In this document: positions 1-10,335 of the stretch, in pieces
How the letters are laid out: every line of letters begins with the position of its first letter
How positions within the stretch are numbered: position 1 is the stretch's first letter
Assembly: GCA_046861385.1 (NCBI GenBank)
Contig: JBHHTW010000009.1
Span: forward strand, 1 to 64,000
Direction of reading: 5' to 3'
From: Fidelibacterota bacterium
GTDB taxonomy: Bacteria; Fidelibacterota; Marinisomatia; Marinisomatales; TCS55
DNA length: 64,000 bases
The notes under the pieces: generated by a model
What the model was told of the DNA's origin: nothing
Seen by the model: the letters and a program-made list of their open reading frames with translations, nothing else
Database searches by the model: none
Translations under genes and position numbers: made by a program

Positions 1-2328
1 GCAGTTCAAATTCAAATAATGGATGTAACCACCCGTAAACGAGCGGAAAAAAAGCTCTTTGAAAGTGAGAAACAATTATCTCTTATATATGACACAGTTG
101 GCGATGTGCTTTTTTATTTGATCGTTGAATCGGATGACTGCTTCCGCTTCCGGTCAGTCAATCAAGCATTTCTTGACGCTACAGGGTTGGATAGAGACCA
201 GATTGTCGGAAAACCTGTCAATGAGGTGATACCAGAACCTTCTCTCCCGATGATCCTGGACAATTACAAAAAAGCTATAGAGGAAAAAAGAATTGTCCGT
301 TGGGAAGAAACCACCGAATATCCTTCAGGGGTAAAGGTTGGAGACGTCTGCATCGCTCCTATTTTCAAAGATGGAATATGTACTCATTTGGTTGGCTCCG
401 TTCATGACATCACGGATCGCAAAAGTTTGGAAGAAAGGCTCCAGTCTGAACGGAATGAGTTCAATTCTATTTTAGAGGAATTACCCATAGGTGTGACAGT
501 ATTGGATACGAAAGACAAAGTTGTTTATATCAATCCAATTTCAATAGAAATTGATGGATTCAAAACCAATACGGACAGTCTGATGGGTAAAAATGTGAGA
601 AGTATCCACCCCAAACATACTTTGCCAACCATAGAAAAGCTTCTTGCAGATTTCAAATCCGGCAGGAAAACCCATTTTTCAAGAGAGGCTAAAAGAGGAA
701 AGCGCACAGTTGAGATTTCATACCATACTATCCGTAGTGAAATTGGAAAATATCAAGGTTTAACGAGGTTGGTTTCCGATATCACAGAGCGAAAGATAGC
801 GGAGAAAAGAATCACACGTCTTAGCCGAATATTTGAAGAATCTCTAAATGAAATATATTTATTCGATGCAGATAATTTAATATTTACACATGTGAATAGC
901 GCTGCACAGCAGAATCTCGGTTACACGATGGAAGAATTAAAAAATTTCACTCCTCTTACTCTAAAACCAGAATTTACTGTAGAATCGTTTTCAAAATTGA
1001 TTGACCCGTTAAAGAAAGGAGAAAAACAAAAAATTATTTTTGAGACGGTGCATAAGCGTAAGGATAAATCGCTATATAATGTGGAAGTTCACTTGCAGCT
1101 TCTAACATTTGAAAACGAAACGTTATTTGCAGCAATTATTCTGGACATCACCGAGCGTAAACAAGCCGAAGATGCTCTCAAGGAAAGTGAAGCAAAATTC
1201 CGCGGGGTAATCGAAGAATCCAATGATGGAATATATGTGTTACAGGATGACCGATTTAAGTTCATCAATCCCCGGTTCACAGAAATCACCGGTTACGAAT
1301 TGAAAGAAATCAGTAGCAGCAATTTTGATTTTAAAATACTGTTTACGGATAAAGGTCTAGAGGTATTAGAAGAGCGGGAAGCGTTGCGTATTCAGGGTGT
1401 AGAACCACCAACTCGATACATATTTGAAGGTTTGCGAAAGGATGGACAAAGAAGAGATTTAGAAGTGAGTGTAACCCTTATAGATTGGCAAGGCCAACCA
1501 GCCACTCTGGGAATTGTGAGTGATGTAACAGAAAGAATACAAAATCAAATTGCTCTTGAGAAAGCGTTTGAGGATGCGAAACAAGGTGAAAAGGTCAAAT
1601 CCCTTTTTATGGCCAATATGTCTCATGAGATACGGACGCCACTGAATACAATTTTGGGTTTTACTGATTTGGTGGAAGAAACAACACGAGACCTTTTAAG
1701 TGAGGAAGAAAAGACATTTTTTAATGTAATCAGTACAAGCGGTAAACGGCTCATGCGTACAGTCCATGAGATACTGGATATATCTCAACTTGACGCAGGG
1801 ACAGTTGTTATTGTTAAAGAAGTTTTTAATTTAGTACCGATGATACAAGAAATGGTCCATGGTATGCGTATCCAAGCTGAAGAGAAGCAACTTGATTTAA
1901 CGTTTCATTCCACGCGGAAGGAAATATTGGTCTACGCGGACAAAGAGGGGATTACCCATTCGATCAGTAATATAATTGACAATGCAATTAAATATACCGA
2001 TGAAGGGAGTATTACTCTGTCTTTAAGGCAAAAATCCAGGAAAGCCATTTTGACTATCAAGGATACAGGTATCGGAATGTCCAAAGAGTATCTCAATAAT
2101 TTATTTGAAGCATTTACTCAAGAAAGTGAAGGATATACAAAGGATTATCAGGGTATTGGTTTGGGTTCGGCAATTGTGAAAGGTCACCTGGATTTAAATG
2201 AGGTGGATATTTCCGTAGAGAGCACCAAAGGAAAAGGAACCACATTTACACTGACATTTCCGGAACCAAATAAAATCAGCAATAAAACAAAGAATGTAAA
2301 GAATTCAAATGAGAATAAAGATTCGTAA
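1..2328 (+). CDS. Multi-PAS sensor histidine kinase (5'-partial)
   Basis: Four PAS/PAC repeats (DITxRK-type ends), H-box FMANMSHEIRTPLN, N-box NAIKY, G1 DTGIGM, G2 GIGLG. The frame is open from base 1, so the gene probably starts upstream of the window. Confidence 0.95.
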   Translation, partial: AVQIQIMDVTTRKRAEKKLFESEKQLSLIYDTVGDVLFYLIVESDDCFRFRSVNQAFLDATGLDRDQIVGKPVNEVIPEPSLPMILDNYKKAIEEKRIVRWEETTEYPSGVKVGDVCIAPIFKDGICTHLVGSVHDITDRKSLEERLQSERNEFNSILEELPIGVTVLDTKDKVVYINPISIEIDGFKTNTDSLMGKNVRSIHPKHTLPTIEKLLADFKSGRKTHFSREAKRGKRTVEISYHTIRSEIGKYQGLTRLVSDITERKIAEKRITRLSRIFEESLNEIYLFDADNLIFTHVNSAAQQNLGYTMEELKNFTPLTLKPEFTVESFSKLIDPLKKGEKQKIIFETVHKRKDKSLYNVEVHLQLLTFENETLFAAIILDITERKQAEDALKESEAKFRGVIEESNDGIYVLQDDRFKFINPRFTEITGYELKEISSSNFDFKILFTDKGLEVLEEREALRIQGVEPPTRYIFEGLRKDGQRRDLEVSVTLIDWQGQPATLGIVSDVTERIQNQIALEKAFEDAKQGEKVKSLFMANMSHEIRTPLNTILGFTDLVEETTRDLLSEEEKTFFNVISTSGKRLMRTVHEILDISQLDAGTVVIVKEVFNLVPMIQEMVHGMRIQAEEKQLDLTFHSTRKEILVYADKEGITHSISNIIDNAIKYTDEGSITLSLRQKSRKAILTIKDTGIGMSKEYLNNLFEAFTQESEGYTKDYQGIGLGSAIVKGHLDLNEVDISVESTKGKGTTFTLTFPEPNKISNKTKNVKNSNENKDS

Positions 2329-2714
2329 TGAGCAATAAAAAGAAACCGTTTGTGCTAGTGGTTGAAGATGATTTTAATTCACAAATGCTCATGAAATTTT
2401 ACTTAAAAGATACATATGAATTAGAATTTTCAACCACCGTAACGGAAGCAATAGAAAAGTTAAAGATTATCCATCCAGATATTATTTTATTGGATTTATC
2501 CCTTGATGGCGGGGAAGATGGCTTGGATTTAGCGAGATACATTCGAAAGGAAGACAAATGGAAGGATACTTCTGTTATTGCCACCACAGCACATGCATTT
2601 ACCGCAGACCGGGATAATTGTATAGAAGCAGGATGCGACGATTATATCAGTAAACCCATCAAAAGATCAGATCTGCTTGAACTGATGAAACATCAATTAG
2701 ATTTATCCAAATAA
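2328..2714 (+). CDS. Single-domain response regulator receiver
   Basis: VLVVEDD, DIILLD, ATTA and YISKP receiver motifs; TAATG overlap with the kinase. Confidence 0.95.
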   Translation: MSNKKKPFVLVVEDDFNSQMLMKFYLKDTYELEFSTTVTEAIEKLKIIHPDIILLDLSLDGGEDGLDLARYIRKEDKWKDTSVIATTAHAFTADRDNCIEAGCDDYISKPIKRSDLLELMKHQLDLSK

Positions 2715-2748
2715 TAAATTGTGTCCACTTCGAAAAAGTTAATTTTGC

Positions 2749-3222
2749 CTAAAGCCCAGTTTTTTCACAACCTCCAACCCGTCTCTCATTCATAAATATT
2801 ATGCGTTCCAAAGATTCATCTGGGCACAATTCTATTTTTTCCCAATTATATCCTCCATCATTTGTGCGTCAAATATAATTGGAGTCTGTGCTAACAGGCT
2901 TAAATTGAGCCCATCCATTCAATATATCTGTAAAAACTAAATCACCAATCCAAGAATAAGCGCTATCAGTTTGTTGATTCCATGTATAATCACCATCCTT
3001 GGTATGCCAAATCCTGCTTGGAGAATTCTCCGCCATCCAACCATTATTCTCATCAACACAGGTGACATGATCTAAATTATATTTTCCTGGTGGATTAAAG
3101 ACAGGGTCAATTATTTCCCAATTTTGGGTTATACCAGCAGTACGAAATGCCAGAAATGAAAAAGTAATCTTGAACGCGAATTATCAGTGTTTTTCTTTTG
3201 AATGATTTGTAAGTATGTTCAT
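2749..3222 (-). pseudogene. Decayed YCF48/BNR (Asp-box) beta-propeller protein
   Basis: Hand translation of the minus strand gives QNWEIIDP...DENNGWM...IWHTKDGDYTWNQ...LNGWA...NYI*RTNDGGYNWEK, with two Asp-box-like motifs. There is an in-frame TGA at 2869-2871 and TGA-TAA near the 5' end. Confidence 0.7.
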
Positions 3223-3371
3223 CAAAATTCTAACGAACCATGCTAACAGAATTTCTGAATTCAAGTAGTCGTGAGGACAAATGGTTGATTTTTTTCCGAA
3301 ACAATTGATTATATCTCCAGCTTTTTGTCATACTGTATTTACCTTTTTATTATAAATACTAAATATATCAT

Positions 3372-3514
3372 GAGTCTACTCCGAAAAGGTCGAATCCGAT
3401 TCAATTTCATCTTTTCAACCGTACGATAGACATTCTTGTCTGTCGGTGTGCAGACAGGAATGTCTGCACACCGCAACGTTGGTTAAACAAAAACACGGTT
3501 TTCGGAGCAGACTC
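3372..3514. mobile_element. 143-bp MITE-like element with 16-bp terminal inverted repeats and 6-bp target-site duplication
   Basis: GAGTCTACTCCGAAAA (3372-3387) versus TTTTCGGAGCAGACTC (3499-3514), 15/16 match; TATCAT directly flanks both ends (3366-3371, 3515-3520); internal REP-like palindromes. Confidence 0.8.
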
Positions 3515-3724
3515 TATCATTGAAAATCATTTATAAAATGTATCACGACATATTTATATTATTTGTCAATAAGCTGAATGCCCTATTTATGTTAGAAAAA
3601 AGCTCTATACCATCACAATCTCGATTAATATAATAGAATTTAGGGTGACAAAATGATTCATTAATAGTGTTGACAGATTCTATCATGTTAAATTCTACCC
3701 AATCACAATCAAGGAATATCTTTC

Positions 3725-4108
3725 ATGAAACCAATTATTATAGTCGGAACAATCACTATTACACTTTCACTCATTTTGTACACCAAAGGAATGCTTCAAA
3801 TATTAAAGAAACGATTGATTACAAAGAAGTTAGTATCGTTATTAACTATCGGTCTCGTTTCAGAGATTATTGCAGTCATTTGTATGTCTATAGGTTCAAC
3901 GAGACCCATTACAACACCCCATGGATTAATCGGTCTTGCTGGAATATTAATCATGATAAGTATCGTTTGGATAAGTTGGAAATCAATTTCAACAGACAAA
4001 AAGAGCAGTACATTATCCCCTAACAAATATTTTTATTATCTGTTTGCGTATGCTATATGGGTTATCGCGTATTTAACCGGAGTAATCATCGGCATGAGTC
4101 GAACATAA
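3725..4108 (+). CDS. Small 4-TM membrane protein, HsmA/TIGR03987-like
   Basis: Four hydrophobic helices, ITLSLILYT start and HGLIGLAGILIM histidine motif; AAGGA upstream. Confidence 0.65.
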   Translation: MKPIIIVGTITITLSLILYTKGMLQILKKRLITKKLVSLLTIGLVSEIIAVICMSIGSTRPITTPHGLIGLAGILIMISIVWISWKSISTDKKSSTLSPNKYFYYLFAYAIWVIAYLTGVIIGMSRT

Positions 4109-4126
4109 TTTCGAAAGAAACGCTTT

Positions 4127-6673
4127 ATGATTAAATACATCAGTTCTATAACCTATCTATTAGTCGTTTCCATTGTTTTCGGTCAATCTCTCCCAAATGG
4201 TGTATCTGTCCATCGATTAAACAACGGCCTCGATGTTATTCTCATCGAAAACCAGTCTCTGCCGATGGTAGGAGTAAATGTTGTAGTCAAAACAGGCTCA
4301 GCTTATGAAACATTCGCCACCAGTGGAATGAGTCACATGCTGGAGCATCTCTTATTCAACGGTACGATATCAAGGACTCAAAAAGAGCTCTATGACGATA
4401 CAGACCAAATTGGTGGGTACAATAACGCCAATACGGGAGAATATTATACCAATTATATGATGGTAGTGCCGACTGAACATATTCAAGCGGGAATGGAAAT
4501 TCAAGCAGATATGCTATTTCGGTCAATTCTTCCAGAAGATAAATATGAGAAAGAAAAAGGGATCGTTCTGGAAGAAATTGCCCGGAGTCTTTCCAGCAGA
4601 GAAACCCAAATAGAGACAGACATTCAATCGATTTTATATCAGGGACATTCTTTGTCATTACCTACTTTGGGAACTTACTCGACAATTGAATCTATATCGT
4701 TGGATGCTGTGAGACAATATTATCAAGGAAATTATTTACCCAATAATATGGTTTTAAGTGTCATCGGGAATTTTGATACATCAATCATGTTGGAATGGGT
4801 AAAAAATAATTATGGACAAGCCGCTCCCGGGACAGTATATCGACCGAAGGATGCTCATCTTATTAATGGTTTTGAAACTCCTGCTTTTAATCCTGGAAAA
4901 ATATATCACCGATCTCATGCCGATTCGATGACTGTAATCCATTTGGCTTTTGTATTACCCAATGATCCTAAACCGGGATTTTTTGAACTGATGGAAGAAA
5001 TCCTCTCATCAGAAGTGGAAAAACTCAAGGCAAAAGCAGAGCAAGAATTTAATAGTTTTGCTTCTCTGTCGGCTGAAATTCGAGAATTTCCCGTTAGGAC
5101 TTTTCTCATTCTGAAGGCGACTACCCAAAATGAGGAAAACCTGGATGAGATAATCTTATTTTTAACCGAAGCAGTGAATCATATTCAATTTTCAATGAAA
5201 AGAGACGCCATAACTGCTTTTACCTTTTCCCATATAACGTCCTTTTATAAAAATTTAGAAAAGCCGCATATGTTTGGGATTTACAATGCCCATGTTTTTG
5301 CACAGAAAGGGATTGATGGTTTTTTAAATTCTTTTCAACCGGATATTTATGCCGATGCTGCTGCAGCACTAAAACATTACAAAATCAGGGAAAAACCAAC
5401 AGTTATCTTTCATCACCCAATGGATTTTACCCGTCATAAAACCAAAAATATCTCTAATGTAAAATTGTTTGAGCATGATGGAATCGGTACAACCCTAATC
5501 GTAAAACAAAATTCAAACAGTTCTTTGATGGCAGTCCATTATTTATTCAAACACAAAGCTCGATTAGAAAAGGAATTTGGACTCAATGCTGCAAAAATAC
5601 TCCATGATTGTTTCGGTCAGCGAATGAAGTCCGATGCGGTTAAAAAAATGATTGCCCCGTTTGGACTATCCTTTACGGTAAATGATAATCCATTCATTCC
5701 AATGGATAATATCTATTTACACGATGATTTTGGATATATTCGCGTGGAAGGTCTTGCCCGAGAATTTGAAGAAGCGATTGGCTTTTTAAATGAATCGTTT
5801 CTCGATTTTATTCCGACATATACGGAGTTCACAAAAGCAATGTCAAATTCCCAAGAAGGTCACAGTGGTATGATGGGGAAAAATGAAGCAAAAGAAATGT
5901 TTGATCATTTGGTAAATGAACAATTATATGCCCCTGAAGAACAATTAAATACGCCACCGGAACTTACCTATGAGTCTTTACTAGCCTTTAAAAATAAGTA
6001 TTGGCTCCCGGAGAATCTGATTGTATCAATCGTCTCTCCAAAATCACCTGAATTAGTTCAATCTCTGTTTTCCGATTTCGGTACTGCTCAAGATAAGGAT
6101 TCCGAACCGGTTTACGATAAAGTATATCAACTTAATGCTGAATCCGTTTCCTTTGAAAAGGAGGGCGGCGGCTCACAATCGTATCTTTTTTGGGGATTCA
6201 TGAAAGAAATTGATCCAGCTGACAAACCGGGTTTAACCGCACTTTCTTTGATCCTGGCGGATAAGATTGTTTTTGATATTCGAGAGAAGCAGGGGATGGC
6301 TTATCGAATGTACGCCGGAATTAATATTAAAAATAATCAAGCATTGTTTTCAATTAAATTTGGTACTCGACCTGAAAATGTGGATATACTCATACCGCAA
6401 TTTCCAAAATTATTCTCCATTGAGATGTTGGAAGATGTAGACGAAGCAATGCTGGAAAAGTCAATAAATATGTATTTGGGAAGAATGATGTTTCGTCGTC
6501 TTTCGAGCATCAATCAGGCTTATTATCTCGGTCGGTCACTGTATTTTGAGGGCGATATGAATGCAGATACAATTTTCCTGGAAGATTTGAAATCTGTCAC
6601 ATTAGATGATATTAATCGTCTTGCAAAAAAATATATGGATAGAGGAAATCCGGTCTCAATTATTGTTCGGTAA
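4127..6673 (+). CDS. Exported M16 (insulinase-type) zinc peptidase
   Basis: Signal peptide; LNNGL..; inverted zincin motif SHMLEHLLFNGT; EKEKGIVLEE; C-terminal IREKQGMAY motif. Confidence 0.92.
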   Translation: MIKYISSITYLLVVSIVFGQSLPNGVSVHRLNNGLDVILIENQSLPMVGVNVVVKTGSAYETFATSGMSHMLEHLLFNGTISRTQKELYDDTDQIGGYNNANTGEYYTNYMMVVPTEHIQAGMEIQADMLFRSILPEDKYEKEKGIVLEEIARSLSSRETQIETDIQSILYQGHSLSLPTLGTYSTIESISLDAVRQYYQGNYLPNNMVLSVIGNFDTSIMLEWVKNNYGQAAPGTVYRPKDAHLINGFETPAFNPGKIYHRSHADSMTVIHLAFVLPNDPKPGFFELMEEILSSEVEKLKAKAEQEFNSFASLSAEIREFPVRTFLILKATTQNEENLDEIILFLTEAVNHIQFSMKRDAITAFTFSHITSFYKNLEKPHMFGIYNAHVFAQKGIDGFLNSFQPDIYADAAAALKHYKIREKPTVIFHHPMDFTRHKTKNISNVKLFEHDGIGTTLIVKQNSNSSLMAVHYLFKHKARLEKEFGLNAAKILHDCFGQRMKSDAVKKMIAPFGLSFTVNDNPFIPMDNIYLHDDFGYIRVEGLAREFEEAIGFLNESFLDFIPTYTEFTKAMSNSQEGHSGMMGKNEAKEMFDHLVNEQLYAPEEQLNTPPELTYESLLAFKNKYWLPENLIVSIVSPKSPELVQSLFSDFGTAQDKDSEPVYDKVYQLNAESVSFEKEGGGSQSYLFWGFMKEIDPADKPGLTALSLILADKIVFDIREKQGMAYRMYAGINIKNNQALFSIKFGTRPENVDILIPQFPKLFSIEMLEDVDEAMLEKSINMYLGRMMFRRLSSINQAYYLGRSLYFEGDMNADTIFLEDLKSVTLDDINRLAKKYMDRGNPVSIIVR

Positions 6674-6680
6674 CAAATTT

Positions 6681-6718
6681 AAACCTTGCGAAGGTTCAAA
6701 ACCTTCCGAAAGGTTTTT
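6681..6718. repeat. REP-like double hairpin between peptidase genes
   Basis: AAACCTTGCGAAGGTT followed by AAAACCTTCCGAAAGGTTTT, two related short palindromes. Confidence 0.5.
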
Positions 6719-6730
6719 TAAGGAAAACTC

Positions 6731-8803
6731 ATGAAACATATATTTATACTAACATTCCTTTTTTTAATCTCATGTAAAGAATCGACCGTATCCATCGTGG
6801 AGTTTGAATCTCACGACATTCAATTAACCATCCATGTGTCGAATCACTCTGCTGATTTGTTCGATCAAGGAATGATGGAAGTAAATGCGGGCTGGAATCT
6901 TTTTACATTAAATGAAGGAGTTGAAATATATTCATTCAATCTGAATGACATACCGGTTAAATATTTTTTATGGAAACCCGACGAAATGGAAAATATTCCG
7001 AATCATGCCAGAGAAAAAGTCAAGTTATTATATCAAGATAAAACCATTCAGGTTATTTCATTTAAATCTAAATTATCAGAATCGGTTGCATTTTCAATTT
7101 CCTATTCCGGAGAATTTTACGAAAAAATAGAGGATATTCGTTTTTCCAATGAGAATGTTGGTCGTGAAGTCGCTGCGACGATTTCTGATCTAGGTGCCTA
7201 TTTTAGTCCATCAGCGAACTACTATCCTACGGGGAGCGAAACAATGGCCAGTTTCAATCTCACAGCTAATATTCCTGTATCATGGGAATCTATCAGCGAC
7301 GGAAACAGGCTGTCCAATGAAGTAAAAGACAACCGAAAAATCCAGTCCTGGAGTAATCCATTTAAAAACAATGGTAACATGTTTATGGCAGCGCCATTTG
7401 TAACCAAATCCACGTGGGTAGATAATATCGAAGTGGCGTGCTATTTCTTTGAAGCCGATACCGGATTATTTGATCAATATCTCCCGGCTACCGCAGGATA
7501 TATCCGCCAATACTCTGAATTGATCGGCCCCTATCCCTACAAACGATTCACGGTTGTGGAAAATTTCTTCCCAACGGGGTATGGCATGCCGGCCTGGACA
7601 TTATTGGGACAACAAGTCATTCGCCTTCCCTTCATTGTTTATACTTCATTGGGGCATGAAGTGCTTCATAATTGGTGGGGGAACAGCGTGTATGTAGACT
7701 ATGATCGGGGAAACTGGTGCGAATCCGCAACGGTGTACGGTGCGGACTACCGTTACAAACTTCAGCGTTCACTGGATGCGGCAAAAACCTATCGGAAAGA
7801 TATTTTAAAGCAATATGCAAACTATGTAACCAAAGAAAATGATTTCCCCATACGTGAATTCAAATCCCGTACCAGCAAAGAAACACGGACGATTGGCTAT
7901 AATAAAGCAATGATGGTATTTCACATGATTGAAGAAGAAATCGGGACAGAACCTTTCTTTGAAGCTTGGAAAAAAATTAATTCAACCTACAGAGAACAAA
8001 AAATTTCATGGGAAGAATGGATCACCATGTTTCAAGAAACTTCCGGAAAGGATTTAAGTTATATTCTTCCCCAATGGATTGATCAGGATGGTGCGCCGGT
8101 AATAGGGCTGATCATTGATTCCGTCAATGAGAATTCAATTCATTTTACGCTTAATGAAAGCAGTGGAAAGAACTATAAACTATCCGTTCCTATCCATTTT
8201 GATAACGGTGTTGACACCGTTGTCGTCTTAAATTCACCATCTTCCTCTTTTTCAATGAATATATCTACCAGTGTATCAAGTATTTCAGTTGATCCTGATT
8301 TCCATTTGTTCCGAGAACTTTATCCTGAAGAAATTGAACCCATTATTTCTGCGACACTGGGAAATGAAGATAAACATTTCTATGGGGATGGTAAACAAAG
8401 CTTTTTTAAACAATTCGCTGATAATATTTCTGGTGCAGATATCGCCATTGAAAGGATGGATGCGTTTAAATACGCTGATCGATTAAGTCTTCCTATTGTT
8501 CTTAATCCCACTGATTTGCCATCATACATTTCTTCCCGAATTTCTATTAACGATCGTGAAATAACAATCAGTGGAAACAAGTTTCCGTTGGATGGCCATA
8601 CGTTTATTCTTACGGGACAAGACTGGAATGGAGTTAAAGATTATATGATAATATTGTCGCAAAATATGGAATCACTACCCAGGATTGGTCAACTGGTTCC
8701 CCATTATGGAAAGTATTCCTATTTAGTGTTTAAGGGACCCAAAAATATTGGTAAAGGTCAGTGGACTGTTACAGATTCACCCCTGAAGAAACGATTACGC
8801 TAA
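6731..8803 (+). CDS. M1-family (gluzincin) aminopeptidase, probable lipoprotein
   Basis: Lipobox-like LISC; GYGMP; HEVLHNWWG...NWCES zinc motif; IGYNKAMMVFH; C-terminal HYGKYSYLVF. Confidence 0.9.
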   Translation: MKHIFILTFLFLISCKESTVSIVEFESHDIQLTIHVSNHSADLFDQGMMEVNAGWNLFTLNEGVEIYSFNLNDIPVKYFLWKPDEMENIPNHAREKVKLLYQDKTIQVISFKSKLSESVAFSISYSGEFYEKIEDIRFSNENVGREVAATISDLGAYFSPSANYYPTGSETMASFNLTANIPVSWESISDGNRLSNEVKDNRKIQSWSNPFKNNGNMFMAAPFVTKSTWVDNIEVACYFFEADTGLFDQYLPATAGYIRQYSELIGPYPYKRFTVVENFFPTGYGMPAWTLLGQQVIRLPFIVYTSLGHEVLHNWWGNSVYVDYDRGNWCESATVYGADYRYKLQRSLDAAKTYRKDILKQYANYVTKENDFPIREFKSRTSKETRTIGYNKAMMVFHMIEEEIGTEPFFEAWKKINSTYREQKISWEEWITMFQETSGKDLSYILPQWIDQDGAPVIGLIIDSVNENSIHFTLNESSGKNYKLSVPIHFDNGVDTVVVLNSPSSSFSMNISTSVSSISVDPDFHLFRELYPEEIEPIISATLGNEDKHFYGDGKQSFFKQFADNISGADIAIERMDAFKYADRLSLPIVLNPTDLPSYISSRISINDREITISGNKFPLDGHTFILTGQDWNGVKDYMIILSQNMESLPRIGQLVPHYGKYSYLVFKGPKNIGKGQWTVTDSPLKKRLR

Positions 8804-8815
8804 TCTGATTTCGGT

Positions 8816-10084
8816 CTATTTATGGATATATGAATAAGCAATATTCCATTCTGATTTGGAAGGGTAGCTGATAACATTTACGATATATTTATCAGAAATA
8901 GTTACACCTAATTGGAATGCCAAATAGGACGATGTTTCATCTATAAAAGAGGAGGTCATAGGATTATAATCCGGTATCGTTTCCTCATCATAAAAAATAC
9001 CGACCACTGGGTTTGAGATTATCGAAAACAATTTTTTATCTAATATTTTATAAAACCGAAGAGCTTTAATACCGACATTATTTATGCTGCCAGGGATTAT
9101 TTCCATTCCGTTATTTAAATAAATATAAAAAAGTGAATTATCTGCATTGCGATAATCATCAGTAATCGTCATTAATTGCCCCTGGCGCAAGAGACTATTT
9201 TCCCTTAGGGCTATACTACTGATAAAAATTCCCTGTGTCATTCCAAGAACTGCAGGTCGAACCAACAAATTTGTTTTTCCCCATAAAACAGCTCCCAGTT
9301 GAAAATCATAATTATCTTTATGCTTCCATATCGCAAAACCACTCGGACGTCCATCCGGACGAAAGGGCGCCCATTTTCCGATTGCCAAAGTTCTGACGTT
9401 TTCTAAAGTGTTATCGCTTTTAATATATCCACCAAGAACAAAAGTGTTAAAAGGGCCTTTAATAAGACCGGCACCTCCATATCCAATACTTGAGTTGTCA
9501 TCTTTCTTTCCAGTCCCGGTTAAAACGGTAAGTGTAAAACGAGTATTTTCAATTTTTCCTGCAAGGTATGCTGTATTCTTATCTGTCATTATATAGGGCG
9601 CGGAGTGTTTCTTTTCATATTCCGAAACTGATTCATACCCTGCACGGAACCAAAATAATTTTGTCGGTTTGAAAGTCATCCGGGAAAACAAAGCTTTATT
9701 AGCCAAAGATGTGTCAATTATCTTATCAATTGTGCCGCCAAATTCCATCCGGAATCGATCATCGTCTTTGTATGGAAATAGCACAATTCCACCGGTTAAT
9801 TGTTTTACTGGAAGCACATTTCGCATATCTAACCCATTATTCATATAGCGCATGAAAAATGTCTTATTTCTCTGGTTCTTGCGGTAAAAATCAAATGCTG
9901 TTGTCACTTCGTTCCCTCTGGACCATATCCCAAATTGAAATTCCCAGACAGTGGGTCTTGCGGGTCCATATATGGAATGCCTGGGATCAGGATTACCATG
10001 TCCATGTGTTGAGTGTCCTTGTGGACATACATTTGTTAAGAGAATGATCCCTATAACGAAGAGCGATTTAGACCATATCGTCAT
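8816..10084 (-). CDS. Exported hypothetical protein, probable outer-membrane beta-barrel with His-rich N-terminus
   Basis: 422-aa ORF; signal peptide, GHSTHGHG segment, alternating amphipathic strands, ends WNIAYSYIHK. Confidence 0.6.
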   Translation of the reverse strand: MTIWSKSLFVIGIILLTNVCPQGHSTHGHGNPDPRHSIYGPARPTVWEFQFGIWSRGNEVTTAFDFYRKNQRNKTFFMRYMNNGLDMRNVLPVKQLTGGIVLFPYKDDDRFRMEFGGTIDKIIDTSLANKALFSRMTFKPTKLFWFRAGYESVSEYEKKHSAPYIMTDKNTAYLAGKIENTRFTLTVLTGTGKKDDNSSIGYGGAGLIKGPFNTFVLGGYIKSDNTLENVRTLAIGKWAPFRPDGRPSGFAIWKHKDNYDFQLGAVLWGKTNLLVRPAVLGMTQGIFISSIALRENSLLRQGQLMTITDDYRNADNSLFYIYLNNGMEIIPGSINNVGIKALRFYKILDKKLFSIISNPVVGIFYDEETIPDYNPMTSSFIDETSSYLAFQLGVTISDKYIVNVISYPSKSEWNIAYSYIHK

Positions 10085-10225
10085 TTATTAGTTTTTTTCA
10101 TTGATTGATTTTGCTTCTATTTAAATTATTAGGGCTTGATAGGAATGGAATATCTACCCAAGTTATTCTTTTTGTTTGAGCCTGCTCATTTACGATCCAT
10201 AATTATCAATGTCTTTGGTAATACC

Positions 10226-10254
10226 TTGACCTATCAGTGATTGTTTACTACTTT
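10226..10254 (+). promoter_or_regulatory. Putative sigma70 promoter of the 10336-19918 gene run
   Basis: TTGACC-17 nt-TACTTT; AAGGAG RBS precedes the TTG start at 10336. Confidence 0.45.
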
Positions 10255-10335
10255 ATACTTTATAATAATACATAAAAATATCTTAATTAGGATAATTAAA
10301 TAGTAAGGAAAAATAATAAAAAAAAGGAGTTAGCC

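Noticed and set aside
2869-2871. TGA recoding (Sec, Trp or Gly)
   Set aside because: TGA ends many normal genes here, and the same frame also has TAA; pseudogenisation is simpler.
3667-4023. 118-aa overlapping ORF and the many short antisense ORFs in the track (e.g. 29891-30457, 48729-49283)
   Set aside because: Shadow frames of better-supported genes, without motifs.
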